Positions 1-8,152 of a stretch of DNA of 64,000 nucleotides are shown piece after piece. The notes beneath the pieces were generated by a model. It worked only from the letters and a program-made list of their open reading frames with translations, searched no databases and was not told the origin of the DNA. The stretch's first letter is position 1; each line of letters begins with the position of its first letter. Made by a program: the position numbers and the translations under genes. This DNA comes from Hyphomicrobiales bacterium. Lineage in GTDB: Bacteria; Pseudomonadota; Alphaproteobacteria; Rhizobiales; NORP267. Location of the stretch: contig JAJFGZ010000050.1 in the NCBI GenBank assembly GCA_021775855.1, positions 23,335 to 87,334 of the forward strand, read 5' to 3'.

Positions 1-1074
1 CGCGCCCATTTTCTCCATCAGAAACAAGGGCCCTACAGACATGGTGCCATTGGCGTTGACCGAGAAACTATCTTTGATGAGCACAGAAGACTGTGGCATC
101 TGGGTTGTTTCTTCGTATTTGCCGTAAGCGCTGGCACCCTGTGTGTTCGAGTAGTTCATCACATACCGCCCGCCATGGGTGGCGGAGACGTAGGGAACGC
201 TTGAGAACTGGGTTGCCCAGGCACGCCAGTTCCGGGTCGCGGGGACGCCGGTATTGGCATACGCGGCCTTCATTTCGCTATACAGGCAATCGTAGGCTGC
301 TGCCGCTTCCGCGTTGGTCAATTCGGCACCGCCGCCACCTGCTCCACACGGGTTGCAGGCGCCACACGCCGATGCGGCGCAAGGATTGCTCGCGGCACAA
401 GGGTTGCACGGGTTGCCGGCACCACACGCGCCACAGGCCGAGGCTCCACATGCCGAAGCACCACAGGCGGACGCTGCGCAGGGATCTTTAGCCGCACACG
501 GGTTGCAAGCGCCACAGGCGGACGCGCCGCACGCGGATGCGCCACAAGCGCCGCACGCACCACAGGCAGAAGCACCACACGGATTCTTGGCGGCACAAGG
601 GTTGCAAGCCGACGCCTGCTGCAGGCGCGGTACGACACATTCCTGGCTCACATTTGCCAAAGCTGCGCCACAGGCACCACACGCTCCGCATGCACCACAC
701 GCCGAGGCGGCGCAAGGGTTGCTTGCCCCACAGGGATTGCAGGGATTGCAGGCGCCGCAGGCGGAAGCACCACAGGCACTTGCTGCACACGGGTTGCTGC
801 CACCGCAGGCAGACGCGCCGCAGGCGGAAGCACCACAGGCTGACGCGGCGCAAGGGTTTTTAGCTGCACATGGGTTGCATGGATTACAAGCACCACACGC
901 GCCGCAAGCCGATGCACCGCACGCCCCACACGCGCCGCAGCCGTCACTTGAGGCAATCGCCATATCGGGCGCCGAAACCATCATCACGCCCGTGACGATA
1001 GTCCCAACAGACATGCCCACGATAAGCGGCATAGCTGCAGCTGTTGAAAAAAGCTGCTTCCTGGAAAATTTCAT
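1..1074 (-). CDS. Secreted cysteine-ladder repeat protein; only the N-terminal 358 codons are in the window. Sec signal, then ~208 aa of Cys/Gly/Ala/Ser/Asn/Pro repeats, then a globular C-terminal domain.
   Basis: Hand translation of the reverse strand from ATG (1074-1072) gives 358 sense codons down to position 1 with no stop. It is absent from the ORF track because the stop lies outside the window. GGAGGGAG Shine-Dalgarno sits 5 nt upstream. N-terminus MKFSRKQLFSTAAAMPLIVGMSVGTIVTGVMMVSAPDMAIA is signal-like. Residues 42-249 consist of ACG / SACGA / NPC units (45 Cys by my count). The rest reads ELTNAEAAAAYDCLYSEMK...THGGRYVMNYSN...LFLMEKMGA. Confidence 0.8.
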   Translation of the reverse strand, partial: MKFSRKQLFSTAAAMPLIVGMSVGTIVTGVMMVSAPDMAIASSDGCGACGACGASACGACGACNPCNPCAAKNPCAASACGASACGASACGGSNPCAASACGASACGACNPCNPCGASNPCAASACGACGACGACGAALANVSQECVVPRLQQASACNPCAAKNPCGASACGACGACGASACGASACGACNPCAAKDPCAASACGASACGASACGACGAGNPCNPCAASNPCAASACGACNPCGAGGGGAELTNAEAAAAYDCLYSEMKAAYANTGVPATRNWRAWATQFSSVPYVSATHGGRYVMNYSNTQGASAYGKYEETTQMPQSSVLIKDSFSVNANGTMSVGPLFLMEKMGA

Positions 1075-1287
1075 CTGGTCTCCCTCCGAAGATTTAAGTT
1101 TTTGCCAAGCCGGCCATGGCGTATTTGCTTTGTGCACTTTGGTAGCGCCGGTACTGCCCCCAATAATTCCAGTTCGCAGCGTAGCAACCTATACGGACAA
1201 TGCGATTCACTTGAGTTCACATAGATGTGAGGCACCCAACTCAGGAATTGTCAGGATAATCAGTTTACGGACCGATCATCCCTCAAG

Positions 1288-2229
1288 TTACTCAACCTGT
1301 TCGAGAACCAAGCGAAATCCAACAAGTATATGCTTGATGCCGTTGGGCCGGGAGTGGCGTGCTGACGGACGGCAAATTCCGCACCCCCTATCGTCCCAGG
1401 ACCCGCCTTTGACGATCCAGCGACCCGGATTTGCGGGCGTTGACGTCCACTCAAATACCTGTCCAGCCGGGTCGAGCATGCCAAACGGACTTTCGCCGGC
1501 GGGGAATTGTCCAACCGGCATCGTATCGAACGGACCGCCGTCATGGCTGTTCAACAGATTGCTGTCAAAGTCTTCGCCCCACGGGAATCTCCGTCCGTCG
1601 GTTCCCCGCGCCGCTTTTTCCCATTCGGCCTCGCTCGGCAGCCGCCAGACGGCTCCCGTCCGGGTGCTTAGCCATTCGGCATATGCCTCAGCGTCATCAT
1701 GGGAGACCATCACAATGGGGTGGTTTTCCCGCCCCTCTGGGGGCCTGCCGTCCAGCCAGGCGTACCGCCGCGTGCGCTCGTACGGATGGATCAATCCGTA
1801 ACCTTCCCAGGTTTCACGATCGACGTCCGGGGCGCGGTAACCTGTATCAGCGACAAACAGCGCGTAGTCAGCGTTGGTCACCAGATTCTTCATAATATTG
1901 TAGGCGGGCAGGTCTACGTTTTGCCGCTCAGGCTCGCTTTCGTACCAGCGACCGCGTCTTGTGGCGCTATGGCCATATGCTGCTTCGTCCAACAGGTAGG
2001 CCGCCTCGCGTTCGGCGCGGTCAGAACCGGTAATATAGGGGCCAGAGGGAATTAAAATTGTCTCCGGCGCGGGGATACCCGGCCCCACTTCGTTTTCGCC
2101 CGCCCGGGCGGCAACGGCGTACAAAATTGTTGCCGTGCACAAAATAAATAAAACCCGAAACACGGAAGCTGGAATCAGCTCCGCATTCCGGGTTCCTAAT
2201 CTGGACGGCGACCGAAAAGAATTGGTCAT
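1288..2229 (-). CDS. FGE/SUMF1/EgtB/PvdO-family (formylglycine-generating-enzyme-like) protein with N-terminal membrane anchor or signal
   Basis: 313-aa ORF with FGE-sulfatase-domain hallmarks: HPIVMVSHDDAEAYAEWL, WRLPSEAEWEKAARG, FPWG, GQVFEWT, KGGSW...VGFRLV. Hydrophobic N-terminal segment VFRVLFILCTATILYAVAARA. A CGIC pair follows GGSW. Confidence 0.85.
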   Translation of the reverse strand: MTNSFRSPSRLGTRNAELIPASVFRVLFILCTATILYAVAARAGENEVGPGIPAPETILIPSGPYITGSDRAEREAAYLLDEAAYGHSATRRGRWYESEPERQNVDLPAYNIMKNLVTNADYALFVADTGYRAPDVDRETWEGYGLIHPYERTRRYAWLDGRPPEGRENHPIVMVSHDDAEAYAEWLSTRTGAVWRLPSEAEWEKAARGTDGRRFPWGEDFDSNLLNSHDGGPFDTMPVGQFPAGESPFGMLDPAGQVFEWTSTPANPGRWIVKGGSWDDRGCGICRPSARHSRPNGIKHILVGFRLVLEQVE

Positions 2230-2253
2230 ATCGCCGTCCGCTATCCGCTTAAA

Positions 2254-2547
2254 CTAGTCTGCCGAGCAGGGGTTGCAGCCAGCCGCGGCGCACGGGTTTT
2301 TCGCCGCGCAAGGATTGCAGGCGCCGCATGCCGAAGCGCCACAAGCAGATGCGGCACACGGATTACAGGCTGCACAAGCACCGCATGCGCCACAGGCGCC
2401 ACAGGCACCACACGCATCGCTGCTTGCATACGCGGAGGAAGAACCCGCGACGGAAGCTGTCAGCATGACCGGGGCGGCAAGCGCCAGGCCAAGGACGACA
2501 GGTAATATAGCTGTGGAGGACAGAAGGCTTCTTTTATTGCTACTCAT
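2254..2547 (-). CDS. 97-aa secreted cysteine-ladder peptide (41-aa signal-like leader plus 56-aa core with 14 Cys)
   Basis: ORF-track protein MSSNKRSLLSSTAILPVVLGLALAAPVMLTASVAGSSSAYA|SSDACGACGACGACGACAACNPCAASACGASACGACNPCAAKNPCAAAGCNPCSAD. GAGGGAG Shine-Dalgarno upstream. Same repeat units and same post-signal SSD[AG]CGACGAC start as the 1-1074 protein. Confidence 0.75.
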   Translation of the reverse strand: MSSNKRSLLSSTAILPVVLGLALAAPVMLTASVAGSSSAYASSDACGACGACGACGACAACNPCAASACGASACGACNPCAAKNPCAAAGCNPCSAD

Positions 2548-2643
2548 GGATATTACTCCCTCAGGATTGCGTCACGCTGAATTGGTGACAGATGACATCA
2601 TTTCCGGCTCATCCGGTTATGATTAGGTGTGGGCAGGTGGGCC

Positions 2644-3126
2644 CTAATTTACGACAATCGAATAGTTCGGGGTGGGGTTGAGTGGACACGAATACACATA
2701 CTGGATTCCCGCCTCCAGAACGACTTCATAGTCAAGCGTGGTTCCCGTATTGAGTCCACCGCCTGAAACACTCGTCTTGGTCAATTTATGTATCGGATTG
2801 CCAAGCTGGTAATCAGTTTCCCGCAACCAGAACCCGAGCGGGTACGGGACATTGCGGTTTTCAACCCGGAAAATATATCGCCCTGGCGCCAGGTTCAGAA
2901 CCTTGGCCTCGGCCAATCGCGCTTCGCCCGATTCGTTGTTGATATCGACACAATCAGCGGCCGACATGGGCATATATCCCCGGTTGACGTCGTTCTCCGA
3001 TTCAAGGAACTGACACCCGACCTGGGTCAAATTAATAATAGTTGCTTCCTGCGCTCCAACCGGTGAAGCGATACCCGCTACACCGAACAAAATCGCACTG
3101 GTCAGCCATTGAAGCTTGCTGAGCAT
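2644..3126 (-). CDS. Secreted hypothetical protein (~160 aa, beta-rich, possibly cupredoxin/Ig-like sandwich)
   Basis: I prefer the internal ATG at 3126 (MLSKLQWLTSAILFGVAGIASPVGAQE is signal-like). The longer 192-aa ORF start lacks a signal peptide. No family recognised. PGRYIFRVENRN and YVYSCPLNP resemble beta-sandwich proteins, but no His/Met copper ligand set is visible. Confidence 0.6.
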   Translation of the reverse strand: MLSKLQWLTSAILFGVAGIASPVGAQEATIINLTQVGCQFLESENDVNRGYMPMSAADCVDINNESGEARLAEAKVLNLAPGRYIFRVENRNVPYPLGFWLRETDYQLGNPIHKLTKTSVSGGGLNTGTTLDYEVVLEAGIQYVYSCPLNPTPNYSIVVN

Positions 3127-3274
3127 GAATTCGTCCTTCAGCCACGCCCGCCCCCGGGTTAGCCTGATTGAAAGCTCAAGATTGCATCGACAAACCCAAA
3201 GCGCAACAAACGAGGCGTACAAGTCCTTTCAACTTTTTGTCATTGAAAGTTGGTCGGGACGTTCTGCCGGCGGT

Positions 3275-4003
3275 TCAGGACTGTTTTTTGATGGCCTTTT
3301 CAACCGCGGTCGATTGTTTTTTCACGTCTACCTTTAGAATCGACGTGAGTTCAAGTTCGCGGTCTTCATACACATCCTTGTCAGGATGACTTTCCTGCCA
3401 ATCCGCAATGACGCGGTCGCGTTCCCACAACAAGGCCTCGATTTGCGGGCGGAACAAGATAATCATCGCCGAAATCCAGTGATTGGTGGCGAGGCACGGG
3501 TAGGTGTGATCCATGAGAAACCCGTCGAGGAGGCGAATTGCGTCTTCGGCAGAATAAAAAGTTTCTCCTGTCACCCACCTGTTTGTTGAAAATAACCCGA
3601 TCGGATAGCCGGGACGGTTCATCGAGACCGCGATCAAATGGCAAATCGCGTCCTTTCCGGATGGAACCTCGGCATCGCCGCTATACGGTACGGGTTCGAT
3701 ATCATCCGGCATCCCTCCCGAGCGCATGAAAGTATGAAAATGGCCATGTTCACCCGATTCCTTGCGGTGGGCGTGGTAATAATATTGGCTCTTGGTCTCG
3801 CTATCGAAAATATCGCCCTTGGGGAAGTGATCGAATTCTACAAACTTTCCCTGATTGGCGAGACATTGACCGACCACATTTGCGTTGGCCTTGCGCAGGA
3901 CCCTGTAACATTCTTCGATGCGCAGGCTGGCTGCCCTCATGGCCTCGAGTTGTTCGGGCGGCAAATCGCTGAATTCTGTCTTGAATTTCATCGCTTGTTC
4001 CAT
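3275..4003 (-). CDS. Conserved-looking hypothetical cytoplasmic protein with a His-rich motif
   Basis: 242-aa ORF without a signal peptide. Contains YYYHAHRKESGEHGHFHTF (6 His in 19 residues). Co-oriented and upstream of the cysteine-ladder cluster. Family not recognised. Confidence 0.55.
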   Translation of the reverse strand: MEQAMKFKTEFSDLPPEQLEAMRAASLRIEECYRVLRKANANVVGQCLANQGKFVEFDHFPKGDIFDSETKSQYYYHAHRKESGEHGHFHTFMRSGGMPDDIEPVPYSGDAEVPSGKDAICHLIAVSMNRPGYPIGLFSTNRWVTGETFYSAEDAIRLLDGFLMDHTYPCLATNHWISAMIILFRPQIEALLWERDRVIADWQESHPDKDVYEDRELELTSILKVDVKKQSTAVEKAIKKQS

Positions 4004-4275
4004 TGCTCTTCAAAAAGGCATGGCCAAAGCCACGATGCTGGATCCCGGTTTGCCCGCAATGGGATGAAGTTACAAAAGCACAATTATTCGCCGGGATGAA
4101 GTTCAAAAACACGTGATCGGCGGCGCCGGCGGGACAGAATAGCGGTCTGGTAAATTCTGTATGGACATTGTTGCCAAATTGTCACGGTTCGTTATTAGAA
4201 TCGTGGTAGAGGCAGTGAATCCATTGCCAAAATGGCTGGATTCGGGTTTTGTTGCACAATATCTGAACAATTTCA

Positions 4276-4869
4276 TTGCCCAAACTGGAGCAAATTATGC
4301 GCACGAATCTTATCTTTGCAGGTCTGCTGGCATTCGCAATGTCGGTTTCCGTATCAGGCCAGGCCAATGCTCTGGGTGAATCCGGCGATGTTACGGTTGC
4401 TGTCGGAGGCGGCGGTTTCTTTAGCGGCGGTTCTACCCGCAGCGTCGTTCGCTACGAAACACAATATTCGCCTGGCACAATCGTCATCAGCACCGAGGAT
4501 CGCAAGCTGTATCTGGTGCAGGATAACGGTCGCGCAATCTCCTACAGCGTCGGCGTTGGACGTCCCGGATTCCAGTGGGGCGGCACCATGCGGATTTCTC
4601 GCAAAGCCGAGTGGCCGGGCTGGACGCCGCCACCTGCCATGCGCCGGCGCCAACCTTATCTGCCGGCCTTTGTTCCTGGCGGGATCAACAATCCCCTTGG
4701 AGCGCGCGCCATGTATCTCGGCTCAAGCCTATACAGAATTCACGGAACGACTGAAGCCGATACGATCGGATCAGCGGTTTCGTCAGGATGCATCCGCATG
4801 CTGAATGAAGATGTGGAAGAATTGTACGAGATGGTCAATGTAGGCACGCGCGTGGTGGTTCAACGCTAG
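4276..4869 (+). CDS. L,D-transpeptidase (YkuD/ErfK family), secreted
   Basis: Signal-like N-terminus. YkuD-domain motifs include the catalytic HGT...SSGCIRM (RIHGTTEADTIGSAVSSGCIRMLNEDV). Confidence 0.85.
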   Translation: MPKLEQIMRTNLIFAGLLAFAMSVSVSGQANALGESGDVTVAVGGGGFFSGGSTRSVVRYETQYSPGTIVISTEDRKLYLVQDNGRAISYSVGVGRPGFQWGGTMRISRKAEWPGWTPPPAMRRRQPYLPAFVPGGINNPLGARAMYLGSSLYRIHGTTEADTIGSAVSSGCIRMLNEDVEELYEMVNVGTRVVVQR

Positions 4870-4891
4870 GCCAACTTTCCAGCATTACAAG

Positions 4892-4923
4892 AAGCCCGCT
4901 GCCTCCTCGCGGCGGGCTTTTTA
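4892..4923 (+). terminator. Rho-independent terminator after the L,D-transpeptidase gene
   Basis: Stem AAGCCCGC (4892-4899) pairs with GCGGGCTT (4912-4919), followed by a T-run (CTTTTT). It lies between convergent genes. Confidence 0.7.
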
Positions 4924-4939
4924 CTATCTGGACTGCGGT

Positions 4940-5365
4940 TTAATCTGGAATGACGGCCGTTGCCTCGATCTCGATGCGGGCCCGATCTTCCATCAGGGAG
5001 ACCACTTCGACCACCGCCATGACCGGATAATGCTGGCCGAAAGCTTCGCGATACGCGGCACCAACGCCAGCAAGCGATGCCAGGTATTCCTGTTTGTCAA
5101 CCACGTACCAGGTCAGCCGGGTGATGTGTTCAGGCTTGCCGCCGGCCGCATTTAAAATTGCAACGATGTTCCGAAATGCCATGGCGGCCTGTTCGGCAAA
5201 ATCGTCGCTCTCAAATTCTTCCATGGAATTCCAGCCTATCTGGCCAGCGACGAATACCGTGCGTCCACGGGCAATGATGCCCTGGGAATACCCTTTTGGG
5301 CGGGGCCAGCCTTCCGGCAAAACTGATTGATGGACCATTTTCTCTCCGATTTCTTTCAGATTCAC
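4940..5365 (-). CDS. RidA/YjgF/TdcF-family reactive-intermediate deaminase
   Basis: 141 aa. Contains GYSQGIIARGRTVFVAGQIG and a C-terminal ARIEIEATA, typical of the YjgF/RidA fold. Confidence 0.8.
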   Translation of the reverse strand: MNLKEIGEKMVHQSVLPEGWPRPKGYSQGIIARGRTVFVAGQIGWNSMEEFESDDFAEQAAMAFRNIVAILNAAGGKPEHITRLTWYVVDKQEYLASLAGVGAAYREAFGQHYPVMAVVEVVSLMEDRARIEIEATAVIPD

Positions 5366-6960
5366 CCGTTCAGGCGCAATTTGAAACGTTGCAATTTGCC
5401 GGTCTGGGTTTTTGGCAAACTGTCCACGAATTCGATTTCGCGGGGATATTTGTATGGTGCGATTGCTTCTTTGGCGTGGTCCTGAAGGGATTTCGCCAAT
5501 GTATCTGATGGTTTGATGCCGGGGCCTGGCACAACAAACGCCTTAACGATTGAACCGCGCATATTATCGGGTTTACCGACAACCGCGCATTCACCGACCG
5601 CCGAATGCTCAAGCAGAGCGTTTTCAACCTCCGGACCGGCAATATTGTAGCCAGCAGAAATGATCATGTCGTCGGCGCGGGCCTGGTACCAAAAGAATCC
5701 ATCCTCATCCATTGAGAAGGTATCGCCGGTCAGGTTCCAACCATCTTGCACATAGTTCGTTTGCCGGTCGTCGGCGAGATAGCGGCAACCGGTTGGCCCC
5801 TTGACCGCGAGCCGGCCAACGCTGCCAATCGGTAGATCGTTACCATCCTCGTCGACAATCTTGCCCTGAAAACCTGGTACCATTGTTCCCGTTGAACCCG
5901 GGACCAGGCCGGCCTCAGACGACGATATCATCGTGTGCAGCATTTCGGTCGAGCCGATCCCGTCAAACAGCCGCAATCCACTCGCATTCAGAAACCCATC
6001 GTACGTCGCCTTCGGTAAATGTTCACCGGCCGAAATACCCCGCCTCAGGCTCGAAATATCACGGCCCTCCAAAAGCGATGTCATCGCGCGATACGCCGTA
6101 GGAGCGGTGAATAGAATGGTCGCCCGGTAGTCTTCGATCACATCCAGCAGGTCGGCCGGTGTTGTAGCCTCAGCCAATACAGTAGCGGCGCCTGCATGGA
6201 GTGGGAACAGGGCAAGTCCACCTAGACCGAACGTAAAAGCCAACGGCGGCGACCCGCAAAATATATCGTCCGGGGTCGGGTCGATAACATGGTTGCAAAA
6301 ACCGTCGCATACCGCCAGCAAATCCCGATGGAAATGCATCGTCCCCTTGGGTTTGCCGGTCGTGCCGGACGTAAATGCAATCAGACAAATATCGTCGGCC
6401 CGGCATTCATACGGCCTGAAAACGTCTGACTTGGTTCCCATCAGAGCTTCAAGTTCATTATCAGATGATGCATCGAAATATCTGATTTTTTTCAGAAATT
6501 CCGAATTACGCGTTGTATTTTTTAGTTCATGTTGGAGACGAATATCGCAAAGCGCGTGGCTGATTTCTGCTTTATCGATAATCACGTCCAATTCGCCGGC
6601 GCGCAATAATGGCATTGTGCCAACTGCGATACCGCCGGCGCGGATCACAGCCAGGTACGCGGCGACCATCATCGGGTTGTTGCCGGAGCGCAGCAAGACC
6701 CGGTTGCCGGGTATCAAACCCATATCCTCGACCAGGACATGCGCGATCTGGTTCACAGCCGCTGCCAGTCCGGCGTAGCTCCAGTTGCCGAAAGGGGAAT
6801 AAATCGCGGTCGCGTCACCGCGGCCGTTCGCCAGCCAATGATCAAGAAACCGTGCCGTACAGTTCATCATATCCGGGTACTGGTATGCCGGGTGGCTGAA
6901 ATCCAGATCCGGCCAATGCGCGGCGGGCGGTAGATTATCCCGTGCAAACGTGTCGATCAT
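5362..6960 (-). CDS. AMP-dependent acyl/aryl-CoA ligase (benzoate/aminobenzoate-CoA-ligase-like)
   Basis: 532 aa. AMP-binding signature [11 protein letters not shown], plus GDT...[16 protein letters not shown] and a C-terminal KTQTGKLQR. Overlaps neighbouring genes by 4 nt on each side. Confidence 0.85.
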   Translation of the reverse strand: MIDTFARDNLPPAAHWPDLDFSHPAYQYPDMMNCTARFLDHWLANGRGDATAIYSPFGNWSYAGLAAAVNQIAHVLVEDMGLIPGNRVLLRSGNNPMMVAAYLAVIRAGGIAVGTMPLLRAGELDVIIDKAEISHALCDIRLQHELKNTTRNSEFLKKIRYFDASSDNELEALMGTKSDVFRPYECRADDICLIAFTSGTTGKPKGTMHFHRDLLAVCDGFCNHVIDPTPDDIFCGSPPLAFTFGLGGLALFPLHAGAATVLAEATTPADLLDVIEDYRATILFTAPTAYRAMTSLLEGRDISSLRRGISAGEHLPKATYDGFLNASGLRLFDGIGSTEMLHTMISSSEAGLVPGSTGTMVPGFQGKIVDEDGNDLPIGSVGRLAVKGPTGCRYLADDRQTNYVQDGWNLTGDTFSMDEDGFFWYQARADDMIISAGYNIAGPEVENALLEHSAVGECAVVGKPDNMRGSIVKAFVVPGPGIKPSDTLAKSLQDHAKEAIAPYKYPREIEFVDSLPKTQTGKLQRFKLRLNG

Positions 6961-8150
6961 TTGCCGCCGCCCTGGCGCTGGGCCTGCCGGGCGTCTTCGG
7001 CCTGACGCGCGATCACGATTTTTTGTACCTCGGTCGCTCCCTCGTAAATCCGCAGCGCACGAATATCGCGGTACAATTCCTCGACCTTGTTGCCTGAGCG
7101 GACCCCCTCCCCGCCATGAAGCTGGACCGCCATATCGATGATCTTCTGGGCTTCCTCGGTCGCGAACATTTTGGCCATCGAGGCTTCCCGGCTGATCCGC
7201 GGGGCGCCCTGGTCCTTGGTCCAGGCGGCCCGATAAATCAGTAGGGCGGCGGCATCGATCGCGGTTGCCATATCGGCGATCATGGCTTGCGGCATTTGCA
7301 GGTCCGCGAGGCGGTCCTCACCGATCATGCGGCTGGCGGTGTGATCGAGCGCCTCGTCGTGGGCGCGGCGCGCCAATCCCAGTGCGGCAGCGCCAACGGT
7401 GGAGCGGAACACATCGAGGGTCGCCATGGCGATTTTGAACCCGTCGCCCGGTTTACCAAGCATGTCGGCAGCAGGCACCCGACAATCCGTCAGCCGGAGC
7501 CGCGCCAACGGATGCGGCGCGATCACATCGATCCGCTCGACAATTTCAAACCCCAGCGTGTCGGCGGGGACAACAAAGGCTGACAGGCCTTTGGCTCCAG
7601 GGGCTTCACCTGTACGGGCGAACACCACGTAGTGACCGGCGATACCTCCATTGGAAATCCAGGTTTTCTCACCGTTCAGGATATAGTCTTTTCCGTCAGG
7701 AACAGCGGACAGTGAAATGGCGGCGGCGTCCGATCCGGCGACAGGTTCGGTGAGGGCGAAGGCAGCCAGCGATTTACCTGACGCCACGGGCGGTAGAAAC
7801 CGGGCTTTGGTCTCGTCCGACCCAAACAGGGAAATCGGGCCCGTGCCGAGCCCCTGCATGGCGAAGGCGAAATCTGCCAAACCGTCGTGGCGAGCCAGGG
7901 TTTCGCGGATGATACAAAGCGAACGGACGTCAAGAATATCGGTGTTGCCCCCGTACGGTGCGACAACGGCGTGGGCGCATATTCCTGCCTGCCCCATAGC
8001 GGCTGCCAGACGGATGCAGCGCTCGTCCAGATCATCGGTCGAGGACATGATGGCGTGGACGTTGCCCGACGCCCAGTCATCAACCGTGCGGGCCAGATCG
8101 CGGTGCGTTTTCTCAAAGAAAGGCCAGTCCAGGAACGTCCGGTCGGGCAT
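6957..8150 (-). CDS. Acyl-CoA dehydrogenase
   Basis: 397 aa. ACAD-like motifs: [19 protein letters not shown], and C-terminal [16 protein letters not shown]. Confidence 0.85.
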   Translation of the reverse strand: MPDRTFLDWPFFEKTHRDLARTVDDWASGNVHAIMSSTDDLDERCIRLAAAMGQAGICAHAVVAPYGGNTDILDVRSLCIIRETLARHDGLADFAFAMQGLGTGPISLFGSDETKARFLPPVASGKSLAAFALTEPVAGSDAAAISLSAVPDGKDYILNGEKTWISNGGIAGHYVVFARTGEAPGAKGLSAFVVPADTLGFEIVERIDVIAPHPLARLRLTDCRVPAADMLGKPGDGFKIAMATLDVFRSTVGAAALGLARRAHDEALDHTASRMIGEDRLADLQMPQAMIADMATAIDAAALLIYRAAWTKDQGAPRISREASMAKMFATEEAQKIIDMAVQLHGGEGVRSGNKVEELYRDIRALRIYEGATEVQKIVIARQAEDARQAQRQGGGK

Positions 8151-8152
8151 CT

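Noticed and set aside
328-951. Periodic GC-rich DNA (also 2270-2420) that could be taken for a CRISPR array or a simple tandem repeat.
   Set aside because: There is no constant repeat/unique spacer architecture and no cas genes. The units vary at synonymous positions and keep one long reading frame. I treat it as protein-coding repeat sequence.
314-1801. The 495-aa + strand ORF ('PHAPQAEAPHAEAPQADAAQG...') and several other 90-130-aa ORFs in both orientations across 93-956 and 2241-2626.
   Set aside because: These are frame shadows of the GC-rich Cys-repeat genes on the minus strand. The + ORF runs antisense through two real genes (the ladder protein and the FGE-like gene), has no ribosome-binding site, and its repeats are the mirror image of (TGY-GGN-GCN)n coding.
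2254-2547. Collagen-like triple helix, because GACGACGACGAC places Gly at every third residue.
   Set aside because: The Gly periodicity breaks after four triplets (AACNPCAASAC...), and the imino-acid content and position do not fit Gly-X-Y. The Cys periodicity is the consistent feature.
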